Origin: Promethearchaeati archaeon
GTDB taxonomy: Archaea > Asgardarchaeota > Heimdallarchaeia > Heimdallarchaeales > Heimdallarchaeaceae
NCBI GenBank assembly: GCA_013166775.1
Contig: JABLTJ010000010.1
Span: 32,746 to 96,745, forward strand
Length of the DNA: 64,000 bases
Direction: 5' to 3'
How positions within the stretch are numbered: the stretch's first letter is position 1; the number at the start of each line of letters is the position of its first letter. Made by a program: the position numbers and the translations under genes. The notes beneath the pieces are model-generated. The model searched no databases, was not told where the DNA came from, and worked only from the letters and a program-made list of their open reading frames with translations. This document shows, one piece after another, positions 9,419 to 19,006 of the stretch.

Positions 9419-10645
9419 TTAAGATTCTAGATTTTTCTTGTTCTTTTTGAAGAACCTGAGTATACTCTTTTCTTTCTTTATTCTCATTCCAAATAGGAAA
9501 CGCAAAGTATTCTCTTCTCTGATGATTAGTAATAATAGGGAGGTTGCTACAAATGCTGATACTACAATAATTATGTATTTCGCAAAAATCGCTAGATTCA
9601 GGGGTATCACAAAGAAACCTATCACTATTATAACTGTTTGATGAATGATATAGAAAGGTAAAACTAATTCATTAAGATATCTTCTACTTTTAGTGTTTTT
9701 GTTTAAGAATTTGCTACCCATAGCAAAAAGTACTATTAACCAGCTCCAAGCATAGATATCAGCTAATACTAAGAATAACAGATCATTTGGGAAGAAGAAT
9801 TGCGAAACTCCAAGTAAGACAGCTGTAACTAATACAATAATCACTGAGGGAATAGCATGTTTCTCGATTGTTGTTTTAAACTCCTTATCTAATGCAAATG
9901 CGAAACCATAGACGAAGAACAAGAACTGTGACATAGGTGTCCAACCACCAAATAATGGAATTATACCACCTAGAATGCCATTAAGAAATTCAAATAGGAA
10001 AACAGGTATTATCAGCAGAAAAATCATTCCTGGTTTTCTGAAAAAAGCTGTAATTTTTAGAAATCCAGTTTTAGTATTTTCCTTTCTTAAAAATAAGAAT
10101 AAAGGAAATGCGATTATTGAGAATCCAAAAAGCAGAAGAAGAAACCATAAGTGATGACCAAAAATTGCAAAATTTCCTCCTAGTTCATAAATTCCTTTGA
10201 AGATTTTTGGATAATAAGCAAAATAAGAACCTGAAAATTCTGAATAATAAATTCTTTCCAAGTAAACTTGTAATGGAATGTGAGTAAATATGCCAATTAT
10301 GAATGGTACCATTAAACGAACTGATCTATCAAGTAAATACTTGCTATTTTTTATGTTTCTGCTTTTCATAAATTCTATAGCGTAGTAAGTGCTCATACCG
10401 GCTAGTATGAAGAAGAATGGCATTCCAAATCCGCCAAGGTAATAAACAAATGCAGTCATACCAATAGAACTTTCAGCATTCATTATATGCCAAGGAAGAT
10501 CTTCGCCTTGAAAGAAACGAGCACTATGAAAGATGAATACAAGAATAATTGCAATAACTCTCAACCAATCTAAATCATACCTTCTTTCCTGCAGTTTTGG
10601 TGCAGATGTGGAGGTTTTGTCTAATACTTTGCTCATATTTATCAC
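9419..10645 (-). CDS. acyltransferase-3 family (OpgC/MdoC-like) membrane acyltransferase
   Basis: RRYDLDWLR, MPFFFILAG, HHLWFL, LPFYIIHQ; about 10 TM. Confidence 0.9.
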   Translation of the reverse strand: MINMSKVLDKTSTSAPKLQERRYDLDWLRVIAIILVFIFHSARFFQGEDLPWHIMNAESSIGMTAFVYYLGGFGMPFFFILAGMSTYYAIEFMKSRNIKNSKYLLDRSVRLMVPFIIGIFTHIPLQVYLERIYYSEFSGSYFAYYPKIFKGIYELGGNFAIFGHHLWFLLLLFGFSIIAFPLFLFLRKENTKTGFLKITAFFRKPGMIFLLIIPVFLFEFLNGILGGIIPLFGGWTPMSQFLFFVYGFAFALDKEFKTTIEKHAIPSVIIVLVTAVLLGVSQFFFPNDLLFLVLADIYAWSWLIVLFAMGSKFLNKNTKSRRYLNELVLPFYIIHQTVIIVIGFFVIPLNLAIFAKYIIIVVSAFVATSLLLLIIREENTLRFLFGMRIKKEKSILRFFKKNKKNLES

Positions 10646-11902
10646 CTAATTCTCTGATATCTCTTTTTTTCTTATAAATCGAAGAATTCCTTTTTCTTTC
10701 TTAATTCGCATTCCAAAGACAAATCTTGAAGAATTGAATTCTCTAATGATAATTAAAAGTAGGAAATTTGCAATGAAAGCACTAACGAGTATAATTAGAT
10801 ATTTAACGATAATTGATAATTCTAATTGAACTACGAAATAACCTATTATTCCTACAACAACAAAATGGATAATGTAAAACGGAAGAACTAGTTCATTGAG
10901 GAATTTTCGGGCTTTACTATCCTTGTTCAAAAATTTTTCTCCTAAATTTATTATCAATATAAGTAAACTAAAAGCGTAAATAGTTCGAAGTAAATAGAAA
11001 ATTGCTTCGATGTAATGAAAACTTGGATTAACATAGAGATCATCTAGAAATCGCAAATTTAAGAAAACTAATGGGACTGCGGTGACAACTGTCAAAATTA
11101 TAGCTAGTTTGTTGTTCTTCTTTAATGACTGTCTAAATTGCTTATCATATGCGAAAAAAAATCCATAGATATAGAAGAAGATGTAAGAAATAAAATCCCA
11201 ACCTCCTAATCTTCCGAGACTAAACCATGTTTCATTTGTATTGTGCAAAACTTCTATAATGTAAATGGGAATAATCAGAAAGAAAAGTATCCCTGGTTTA
11301 TTCATAAAAGATGCAATTTTAGATATACAAGAACGATTTTTCTCTTTTCGTAATAGAATGAAAGGGTAAAATAAAATCATAGATATAACAAATAGTATGA
11401 CAAGAAACCATAAGTGATGACCGAAGAGAGAAAAATTCCCTCCAAAACCATAAAAGCCTTTGAAATATTGCGGATAGAATGCAAAAAAAGAGACAGTATT
11501 TGGATCTAAAAATCCTTTATTTGCCCACTCAAGATAAACTAAGATAGAAATATAAGTTAACATACCGATGAAATATGGTACTAAAAGTCTAAGGAACCTA
11601 ACAAGAACATATCTATTATTCTTAATCCCTCTCTTTTCCATAAATCCTATAGCATAGAATGCACTCATTCCAGCGATTAAAAAGAACAAAGGAATCCCCA
11701 TAGCTGTTACGAATGTCATTCCTATCGAGATATTAACATTAGTTTCAGCATTTTTAATATTCAAACCTTCAGCGTCAAAAAACTTAGTACAATGATAAAC
11801 AAATACCATGAATATCGCAATTATCCTTAACCAGTCCAAATCATATCTTCTTTCTAAACTAGAGAAAGTAGAAATTACAACTGCTTCATCTATTTCATTC
11901 AT
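10646..11902 (-). CDS. acyltransferase-3 family (OpgC/MdoC-like), paralog 2
   Basis: RRYDLDWLR, PLFFLIAG, HHLWFL, LPFYIIH. Confidence 0.9.
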   Translation of the reverse strand: MNEIDEAVVISTFSSLERRYDLDWLRIIAIFMVFVYHCTKFFDAEGLNIKNAETNVNISIGMTFVTAMGIPLFFLIAGMSAFYAIGFMEKRGIKNNRYVLVRFLRLLVPYFIGMLTYISILVYLEWANKGFLDPNTVSFFAFYPQYFKGFYGFGGNFSLFGHHLWFLVILFVISMILFYPFILLRKEKNRSCISKIASFMNKPGILFFLIIPIYIIEVLHNTNETWFSLGRLGGWDFISYIFFYIYGFFFAYDKQFRQSLKKNNKLAIILTVVTAVPLVFLNLRFLDDLYVNPSFHYIEAIFYLLRTIYAFSLLILIINLGEKFLNKDSKARKFLNELVLPFYIIHFVVVGIIGYFVVQLELSIIVKYLIILVSAFIANFLLLIIIREFNSSRFVFGMRIKKEKGILRFIRKKEISEN

Positions 11903-13155
11903 TCGATCACCTTTTCCTTACGAAAATATCTAAACAGTCCCTTCTCTTTTTTAACTCTCATTCCAAACAGAAATCTAAGAGAATTGAACTCCCTTATTAT
12001 TAACAGTAAAAGAAGAATTCCTATTAGTGATGAAGAAATGATTATCAGATACTTCCATATTATTGCAATATTAAGTTGAATAATGAAAAATCCGATTACA
12101 ATCAATAGAGTCTGATGAAGTATGTAGAACGGAAGAACTAATTCATTCAAGAATTTCCTTGCTTTACTTTCTTTATTCAAGTACTTCTCTCCAGCATATA
12201 GAATAACAATTAACCAGCTCCATGCAAAAATAGTTCTAAAAAACCAAAATAGTAAGATAATATACGAGAATCCTTCTGGTGGAGTAATGAATAGTTCATC
12301 AAATTTGAAATTTATTAGAATACCGAGAGTTACTCCTGATAAAATCCCTATAATTAATGATGCTTTAACATGCTTCTTGATTATTTCTTTGAACTGTTTA
12401 TCATATGCTAAGATGAATCCATAAATGTATAGAACTAGAAGTGAAATTATATTCCACCCACCAAAACGAGGAATATCAGTTAAAAACATTGTATAGATGA
12501 ACTCTAGAATAAACAAGGGTAAAGGGAATAGATAAATCATTCCTGGAATTGAGAAAAATTTAGCGAATTTTGCTAACCCCTTACGTCTCTTCTCCTTTCT
12601 CATGAAGTTGAATAAATTATATGTAAGAAGTGTGAAAATAAAAAGCAAAACTAGAAACCATAAATGGTGTCCATAGAAAGCAAAATTTCCTCCATTAAAA
12701 CCATAAAGACCATTGAAATAATCAGGATAAAACTCAAAAAAAGATCCTGAAAAAACTCCTGTATTAACTCTTTCAAGATAAACCTGGAGAGTTATATGTG
12801 TGACTAAACCTACGGAAAAAGGAATCATTAATCTAATAAATCTTAGTAAAACATATTTTCTCCCTTTTATCTCTCTAGCTTCTAAGAAACCCATAGCATA
12901 GAAAGTTCCAAGACCTGCGATTGTGAAAAATAATGGCATACCTATAGCTGTCAGAAAAGACATATATCCTGTAATCATTGGATTCGTTTCTGCATTTCGA
13001 AGATGCCAGTCTTCTGCGTCAAAGAATCTTGTTCCATGATAAACAAAGACTAGGAATATAGCAATTATTCTTAGCCAGTCTATATCATATCTCCTCTCTA
13101 ACAGAGTAAAAGTAGGTACTGAAGCAGAATCAGAGTTTGAATCCAAATTTACCAC
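11899..13155 (-). CDS. acyltransferase-3 family (OpgC/MdoC-like), paralog 3
   Basis: RRYDIDWLR, MPLFFTIAG, HHLWFL, LPFYILHQ; 4-nt overlap with the next gene. Confidence 0.9.
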   Translation of the reverse strand: MVNLDSNSDSASVPTFTLLERRYDIDWLRIIAIFLVFVYHGTRFFDAEDWHLRNAETNPMITGYMSFLTAIGMPLFFTIAGLGTFYAMGFLEAREIKGRKYVLLRFIRLMIPFSVGLVTHITLQVYLERVNTGVFSGSFFEFYPDYFNGLYGFNGGNFAFYGHHLWFLVLLFIFTLLTYNLFNFMRKEKRRKGLAKFAKFFSIPGMIYLFPLPLFILEFIYTMFLTDIPRFGGWNIISLLVLYIYGFILAYDKQFKEIIKKHVKASLIIGILSGVTLGILINFKFDELFITPPEGFSYIILLFWFFRTIFAWSWLIVILYAGEKYLNKESKARKFLNELVLPFYILHQTLLIVIGFFIIQLNIAIIWKYLIIISSSLIGILLLLLIIREFNSLRFLFGMRVKKEKGLFRYFRKEKVIE

Positions 13156-13508
13156 TTCAAGCCTTAAATAAGGCGTTTAATAGTTTTTAAAGAATTTGAA
13201 TAATATAAATTTTCCCCACATTTTAGAAATGGATCAAAATTCACTAAAAATGCTTGTTTTAAGGTCTACTTCCAAGAAGGGAGACTAACCAAGAAGGTAT
13301 GTTCTAATTTAATATCTATTCAGAGAAAGAGAATAGAATTGGTTGGCTCAATGATCAATTTTTACCTCAAATATACATACTTTTTGTTAACCTCTCTCGA
13401 AAGCTTTATTAGTAAAAATGTGATATATTCTAGTATATTTCCTAAGAAAAAAAAGAAATTAGGCAATAAGACCAATTACTATAAAATTTAGTCTTTAGAG
13501 GGTTCAGA

Positions 13509-16500
13509 TTGAGAATAATCTATGCTAAAATAATTGTAGTAGCAATTATGATTTCAAGCCCCCTCTTTTTACAAAATTTCAATAACGCTACACCATTTGA
13601 TAATATACTATCTAATACATTATCAAATAATAACAATAGTTTAAATAATAAAACTAATGAGCTTGAACATTTGAAGCAATCTCCTTTTAGTTATACTCCC
13701 ATAACTTCTCATTCCTCAGAAGGGGTTAACCTCAATGTTAGTGATAAAATATCTTTTTCTCACAGTTTCTCTTTAAATCTTGATTCTACGAATCACTATA
13801 CCAATTCTTACTCTATTAACTCTTTTACTGGATATACTCCAGAGTTATTTTACAATATAACTGACATCACTGCAATTCCTGAGTATTTCCCTGTAGAAAC
13901 TTCTTGGGGAGGTTCAAATATAGAATTAGCATACAACCAGTATTTATCTATCCTTCAAGGTTTTGATGTTCCATGGGATTATGCGGAATTTGTTGGAGCG
14001 GATATTTATCTAGAAACAGTTGGGAGTGGTTCTCTAGGAAGTGTTGAACTTGAATTGTGGTTGATAGAAGATGAAGGAGTATTTCCTGATATGAACAATC
14101 CAAATAATCTCTCTTTTGATTTTTCTGCTCCTTATACAAATGCAAATCCTGTCCCTTCAGCTGCTACAAACAATTTTACTTTTTATGATTTTAATGATAC
14201 TATAATTCCTAAAGGAGATTATTTCATAGTAGCAAATTTATCAGTTGTAGATATAACAGATCCAAGTCAAAGATTTGCATGGAACTACAAAACAGGTGTG
14301 CCGTATAATGGTAAAAGCTATCTTTGGGATCAATCTGCAACATGGCTGAATCGAACAAACAATTATGATTTTCCATTAATTCCAAAATTGCTCCCGTTAG
14401 ACATAAATAAAAATCCTAAGACATTCACAAACCCTGCAAGTGCTAATCTAACTGATAACGGAAACCCAATAACAACTGTAAATCAATTAATATTAGGAAC
14501 TGGAGCTCACGATCTTTCAACAAATCTGTCAATTTCAATTTCATTTAATAATAGTTATTCTTACTTAAGAACATATAATGGATTATCATCTTTCCATGCA
14601 TGTAATTCTACATTTTTAGATTACAGCATTTATTGGAATATAAGCTGGAGTGTTGACCAAATAGATTTTTCTCCTTATTCAAATCCCGAAAGAGAACATA
14701 TACTGCTTTCTCCATCAGATTGGAATACAAGTTTTTATACAATATTAGTTAACAATACTACTCCTACAGATATCACTCGAATATCCGCTGGTTATCTTAT
14801 AGATTTAGATCTTCTTATACAGAACAAAAATTATTTTGCAGCAGATTTGAAATTGGATACAACGAGTCCAAATTATCTCTATAGCACTTGTAACACTAAT
14901 GGAACTCTTGAAACAAATTCCTACCGTCTAGGTTATTGGACACCTATAAATATTACTCATTCTTTGGGTGTAGAAGGTTCTTCAATTAACTGCGAAGTGT
15001 GTATTAAAGACATATCTCTTCTAGATATCTCCATGGGAGAACTAAATCTTTCAATTTACAATCCAGAAGGAAATATTAATCCACTTAAAATTAATGGTTT
15101 TGATAACTTAACCTACATAGATACAAGTTTTTATTCCATAGTTGAATCAGATCAAATATCTCCAGGAATTTATCAAGTAAGTACTGCTTTTGATCCTTCA
15201 GTTTATGGATCTGATCAACCTGGATATTGGACTCTTACTTATTTCTGGAATAATGGTACAGAAGTTGGATTCTTCTCAAGAAGAATATCTGTAAATATAT
15301 ATACTTCAGCATTGTTTGAGTGGCAAGTAACTCCTGATACTGATATTTGGACTTTTGATAATTCCGAAAAAATAAAAAGAATCTTTGGCGACACATTAAA
15401 TGTTAGGGTCCGATGTTATAGTAAAACAGAACCTTTTTTCTCTGGAGAAGGAGTCTATATATCTAGCGCAAACGTAACCTATCAAACAAGTATGTTAGAA
15501 GAAGGTGAATTAACCTTTCTTGAACCATTCTACAGCTCTTCAATTCCCCTCCTTTATGAACCAGGAGAGTATTATGTTATGTTATATGCAAGTGGGTTAT
15601 TCCATGATTCTTCTTCTATTCAGATACCTGTAACGGTATATCATCAATTTTCGATTGAAACATCTAAAACTGATTATTATCTAAATTTCAGTAATTCTGT
15701 AGGTATAAAGTTTCAGCTGAATGACATTTCAAATCTAAGTAAAATAATAACTCCCGATGATATAGTAATATCAATAAACAGCACTATTGTGAATTCCAAT
15801 TATTATTCAAACAGTTCAATAAATGATCAAATCGAAATACTTCTTGATACGTCATTTCTTGGGTTAGAAATAGGAATATATGAATTTGGAATAATGGTTT
15901 CAAAGAAATTCTTCTTAGAGGATTATAATCATGAAAATGAAACTGTATCGGTTTATTTACATATTGAAGAAATTTCTTCCGTTGTAAATAATGTTAATTT
16001 TAATAATACTATCTATCATAACAATCAAACAATTATTTCCTTTAGCTACTATGATACAAATCATTCTGAGTTTATATCAGATGCATCTGTTTCAGTATAT
16101 GCTGATATTAATGAATATGAAGTAATTTCAATCTATTCAAATAATGAAGCTTATTATGTTTTACTTAGAATATATGAACCATCAGTTAATTCTTTGAATG
16201 TGTTTCTTAATGTTTCTAAAGCAGGATATTGCTCCATACTCAATCTACATCTAGCAACATTGAATATAAAACCTAATGAAATCATTTCCCCTACTAGTCC
16301 ACCAAATCCTGCTTCTTTGATAGCTTTGATAATTGTTGTATCTATGATAATTATAATTTCTGTATCAATAATTATTTTTATTCAAGTAAAACGAAAGAAA
16401 AAAAAGAGATTAGTTAAAACACAAATTGAATTAGAACGTGCTAGAAATATTTTTCAAAGCGTTATCTTAACGAAAAAAATACTGATTGTTCATCATCAAA

Positions 16501-17078
16501 CAAGCTTACCAGTTTTTTATCTTGATTTAGAAGCTAAAAGTGAACTAGATTCTGCACTTGTTTCTGGAATTCTTGAAGCGATTTCTTCAATAGGAACTGA
16601 AATTTCTGGATCACCATCTGGTATTAAGAAGATAGAATATTATGATTTTGAAGTTTCTAGGGCTTATAGCGGTGCTTTTGCAATCTATCTATTTTCGGAT
16701 AATCTTGTATGCAATGAAATATTTGATGGTTTATCTAACATAATTAATTGGTTTGACATTACCTTTAGTCATCAATCTGTGGGATGGGATGGATCGATGA
16801 ATATTTTTACAGAATTCCAAGAGTTAATTGAAGAGAAAATCTCTGAAGAAATTTACCTATGGTTATTATATTCCATTGAACTCTCTTCGGAAGGGTTAGA
16901 TTTTTCTAGAAAGCTTTCAAAAATTGATAAGGAAATTATCGGTTTTCTAACTACTAATGGAAAAACTTCTGTAGCTGTGATTCTTGATAGATTAGAAAAA
17001 TACGAGAAAGAAGAAATTTTAGTAGCTCTTTTCATTTTATTTGAGGAGGGAAGAATAGTTGGAGAAGAATCTCTATAG
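13509..17078 (+). CDS. single-pass surface glycoprotein with cytoplasmic longin-like + winged-helix tail (receptor-like R1)
   Basis: N-terminal hydrophobic signal; ~900-aa beta-rich ectodomain with many N-x-S/T; Pro-rich stalk; TM ~16317-16383; KRKKKKR stop-transfer; tail KKILIVHHQTSLPVF...LVSGILEAISSIGTE...IKKIEY. Confidence 0.75.
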   Translation: MRIIYAKIIVVAIMISSPLFLQNFNNATPFDNILSNTLSNNNNSLNNKTNELEHLKQSPFSYTPITSHSSEGVNLNVSDKISFSHSFSLNLDSTNHYTNSYSINSFTGYTPELFYNITDITAIPEYFPVETSWGGSNIELAYNQYLSILQGFDVPWDYAEFVGADIYLETVGSGSLGSVELELWLIEDEGVFPDMNNPNNLSFDFSAPYTNANPVPSAATNNFTFYDFNDTIIPKGDYFIVANLSVVDITDPSQRFAWNYKTGVPYNGKSYLWDQSATWLNRTNNYDFPLIPKLLPLDINKNPKTFTNPASANLTDNGNPITTVNQLILGTGAHDLSTNLSISISFNNSYSYLRTYNGLSSFHACNSTFLDYSIYWNISWSVDQIDFSPYSNPEREHILLSPSDWNTSFYTILVNNTTPTDITRISAGYLIDLDLLIQNKNYFAADLKLDTTSPNYLYSTCNTNGTLETNSYRLGYWTPINITHSLGVEGSSINCEVCIKDISLLDISMGELNLSIYNPEGNINPLKINGFDNLTYIDTSFYSIVESDQISPGIYQVSTAFDPSVYGSDQPGYWTLTYFWNNGTEVGFFSRRISVNIYTSALFEWQVTPDTDIWTFDNSEKIKRIFGDTLNVRVRCYSKTEPFFSGEGVYISSANVTYQTSMLEEGELTFLEPFYSSSIPLLYEPGEYYVMLYASGLFHDSSSIQIPVTVYHQFSIETSKTDYYLNFSNSVGIKFQLNDISNLSKIITPDDIVISINSTIVNSNYYSNSSINDQIEILLDTSFLGLEIGIYEFGIMVSKKFFLEDYNHENETVSVYLHIEEISSVVNNVNFNNTIYHNNQTIISFSYYDTNHSEFISDASVSVYADINEYEVISIYSNNEAYYVLLRIYEPSVNSLNVFLNVSKAGYCSILNLHLATLNIKPNEIISPTSPPNPASLIALIIVVSMIIIISVSIIIFIQVKRKKKKRLVKTQIELERARNIFQSVILTKKILIVHHQTSLPVFYLDLEAKSELDSALVSGILEAISSIGTEISGSPSGIKKIEYYDFEVSRAYSGAFAIYLFSDNLVCNEIFDGLSNIINWFDITFSHQSVGWDGSMNIFTEFQELIEEKISEEIYLWLLYSIELSSEGLDFSRKLSKIDKEIIGFLTTNGKTSVAVILDRLEKYEKEEILVALFILFEEGRIVGEESL

Positions 17079-17171
17079 GTATTAGTGATTTGCATTTCTT
17101 TCTTATTTTCTCTTTTTTCAAAAAAAATGCAACTTTCCTCTAGAAAATTTAATCACAAAAATATTTAAATA

Positions 17172-17636
17172 TTGATATTATTAGTTTTTTTTTGCAAGAG
17201 TGATAATCTGAATGATATACTAGATTTTAGTAAGAAATACTGGCTCGATGAAAATTGTGCGAGAACCACTGCTTGTGGAATACTTGATTACTACAAATAT
17301 ACAGATGCAAGTGAAATTCTATTCAAATCCTTTGCTCCTTTTGGTGAAGGTCTTGGGGAAAGACTAACTTGTGGATCTGTTATTGGTTCTTTAGCTGCTC
17401 TGAGTTACATCCTTTCTGAAAAGGTTCTAAGTAAACAAGAAATATTAAAAAAGGCAGATATTTTCAAAGAATCTTTTCGAGAGGAATTTGGAACTATACA
17501 ATGTTCTGCTATACTTCAACCATATTTAAAACAAAACGAATCCTACCCAAGCGATCCTGTCAGACTGGATATTTGTACAAAAACAATTAAAAAAGCAGTT
17601 TTAGAAGTGGAACGAATTATTGAATCCTTGAGTTGA
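17172..17636 (+). CDS. C_GCAxxG_C_C family putative redox-active protein
   Basis: NCA...PFGEGLG..TCGSVIG...GTIQC...IC; true start may be slightly downstream. Confidence 0.8.
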   Translation: MILLVFFCKSDNLNDILDFSKKYWLDENCARTTACGILDYYKYTDASEILFKSFAPFGEGLGERLTCGSVIGSLAALSYILSEKVLSKQEILKKADIFKESFREEFGTIQCSAILQPYLKQNESYPSDPVRLDICTKTIKKAVLEVERIIESLS

Positions 17637-17984
17637 ATCAAATTTTGTAGGAACTATTGAAAATTAAGTAAGTATAGAGACGAAATCATTCCATTCAAAG
17701 TTGTCTTTCTAGATGTTTTGCTACTCTAATCTTATCGGAACCTTTTATTCCTTTCAGAAACTTATGCTCATTATTAAGTTCGCTGAATTCTTCTTTTTCA
17801 TATTGGATTCTTCGCTGCGGGAAAATTCTGTATAAAAGTAAGATGATCTTTTCTTTTATTTCTCGCATTAGTATCAATATAACAATGCACATTCTTCTTA
17901 TATAAACATAGCCTATTTTCAGAAACCTTAATATTTTATAAGTTTATTATTATTTAGTTCAGATTTGTAAAGGAGACAGAAATA

Positions 17985-18665
17985 GTGAGTTTTCGTCAAA
18001 AATTCCAAGATGCTTTCATGATCAAAAAAATACTGGTTGTTCATACAGAGAAATGTATTCCTATCTTTGAGATAGATCTAAGAAGTGAAATTGAAATAGA
18101 TCCATCAATAATATGTGACGAATTAGAGACAGGAACTTTAACTCAGATGCAAGAAACCCTTGGAACTACAGAGGTCTTCAGAATTCAGTATTATAGTTTT
18201 ACAGTTTTAACTTCAATTTTAGGACCTTATTCTGTGTATCTATTTGCTGAAGCAGAAACAAGTCCGATTGTAGAAGCTGGTGTAAAAGAACTAGCAAAGT
18301 GGTTTAATATAATTATGGGATACGATGGTATTGAATGGAGCGGTTCTGAAGAGATTCAAGAGTATTTCAAAGACAGTATAATAAAGAAAGTGATGGAATT
18401 ATTTAGTATTTGGATGCTGTATCCTTTAGAGATTAATCGAGAAGCTATGAAAAGAATCTTTGGAAGAAATGAATTACAAAGAAAAATAATGTCTTATTTT
18501 AAAGAAAAAAAGCAAATTACTTCCGTGAAACTACTCGACGAACTAATCAAGATAGCAGATGAAGAGGAAATACTAGCAAATATCTATGATTTAGTGGAGC
18601 AAGATTTCTTAAGAACTGGAACAACTGATGAATATACACAAACTTTCTTTGAATTGAAAAATTAA
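17985..18665 (+). CDS. soluble longin-like + winged-helix protein (S1), divergent paralog of the receptor tails
   Basis: FQDAFMIKKILVVH...IPIFE...IDPSII...LAKWFNII.GYDGIEWSGS...WMLYP; no TM. Confidence 0.72.
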   Translation: MSFRQKFQDAFMIKKILVVHTEKCIPIFEIDLRSEIEIDPSIICDELETGTLTQMQETLGTTEVFRIQYYSFTVLTSILGPYSVYLFAEAETSPIVEAGVKELAKWFNIIMGYDGIEWSGSEEIQEYFKDSIIKKVMELFSIWMLYPLEINREAMKRIFGRNELQRKIMSYFKEKKQITSVKLLDELIKIADEEEILANIYDLVEQDFLRTGTTDEYTQTFFELKN

Positions 18666-19006
18666 AACCAATAGTTCCTAGCTTCTTCCTTTTGCACAAT
18701 CTCTTTAGAATTTTAGAGAAATACTTTAATGATTTAAATAAATATTTTAAAGAGATGTTATTGTAAACCTAGGATTTTATAGAAATTGAAAAATACAAAG
18801 ATTCAAAAATCACTATAAGCTTTGAGATGATTGTTTGAAAGTGGATATGAGTTCTAATAAGAAGACAGTTTTCTTCAGATGCAGAGAAAATATAGAAACG
18901 ATTGAAAAAACTCCATTCTACTGTATTTTCTTTGCCTTTAATTCATTCATTTATATACAATAAAAATTTAAGTAAGATAATATAATAAAGCAGAATAAAG
19001 GGGAAT

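Noticed and set aside
13272-13297. 9-bp direct repeat CCAAGAAGG in the divergent promoter region
   Set aside because: Only two copies and not noticed upstream of R2; could be chance.
17695-17892. 65-aa minus-strand ORF inside the receptor cluster
   Set aside because: No motif and no clear RBS; cannot be supported, though not excluded.
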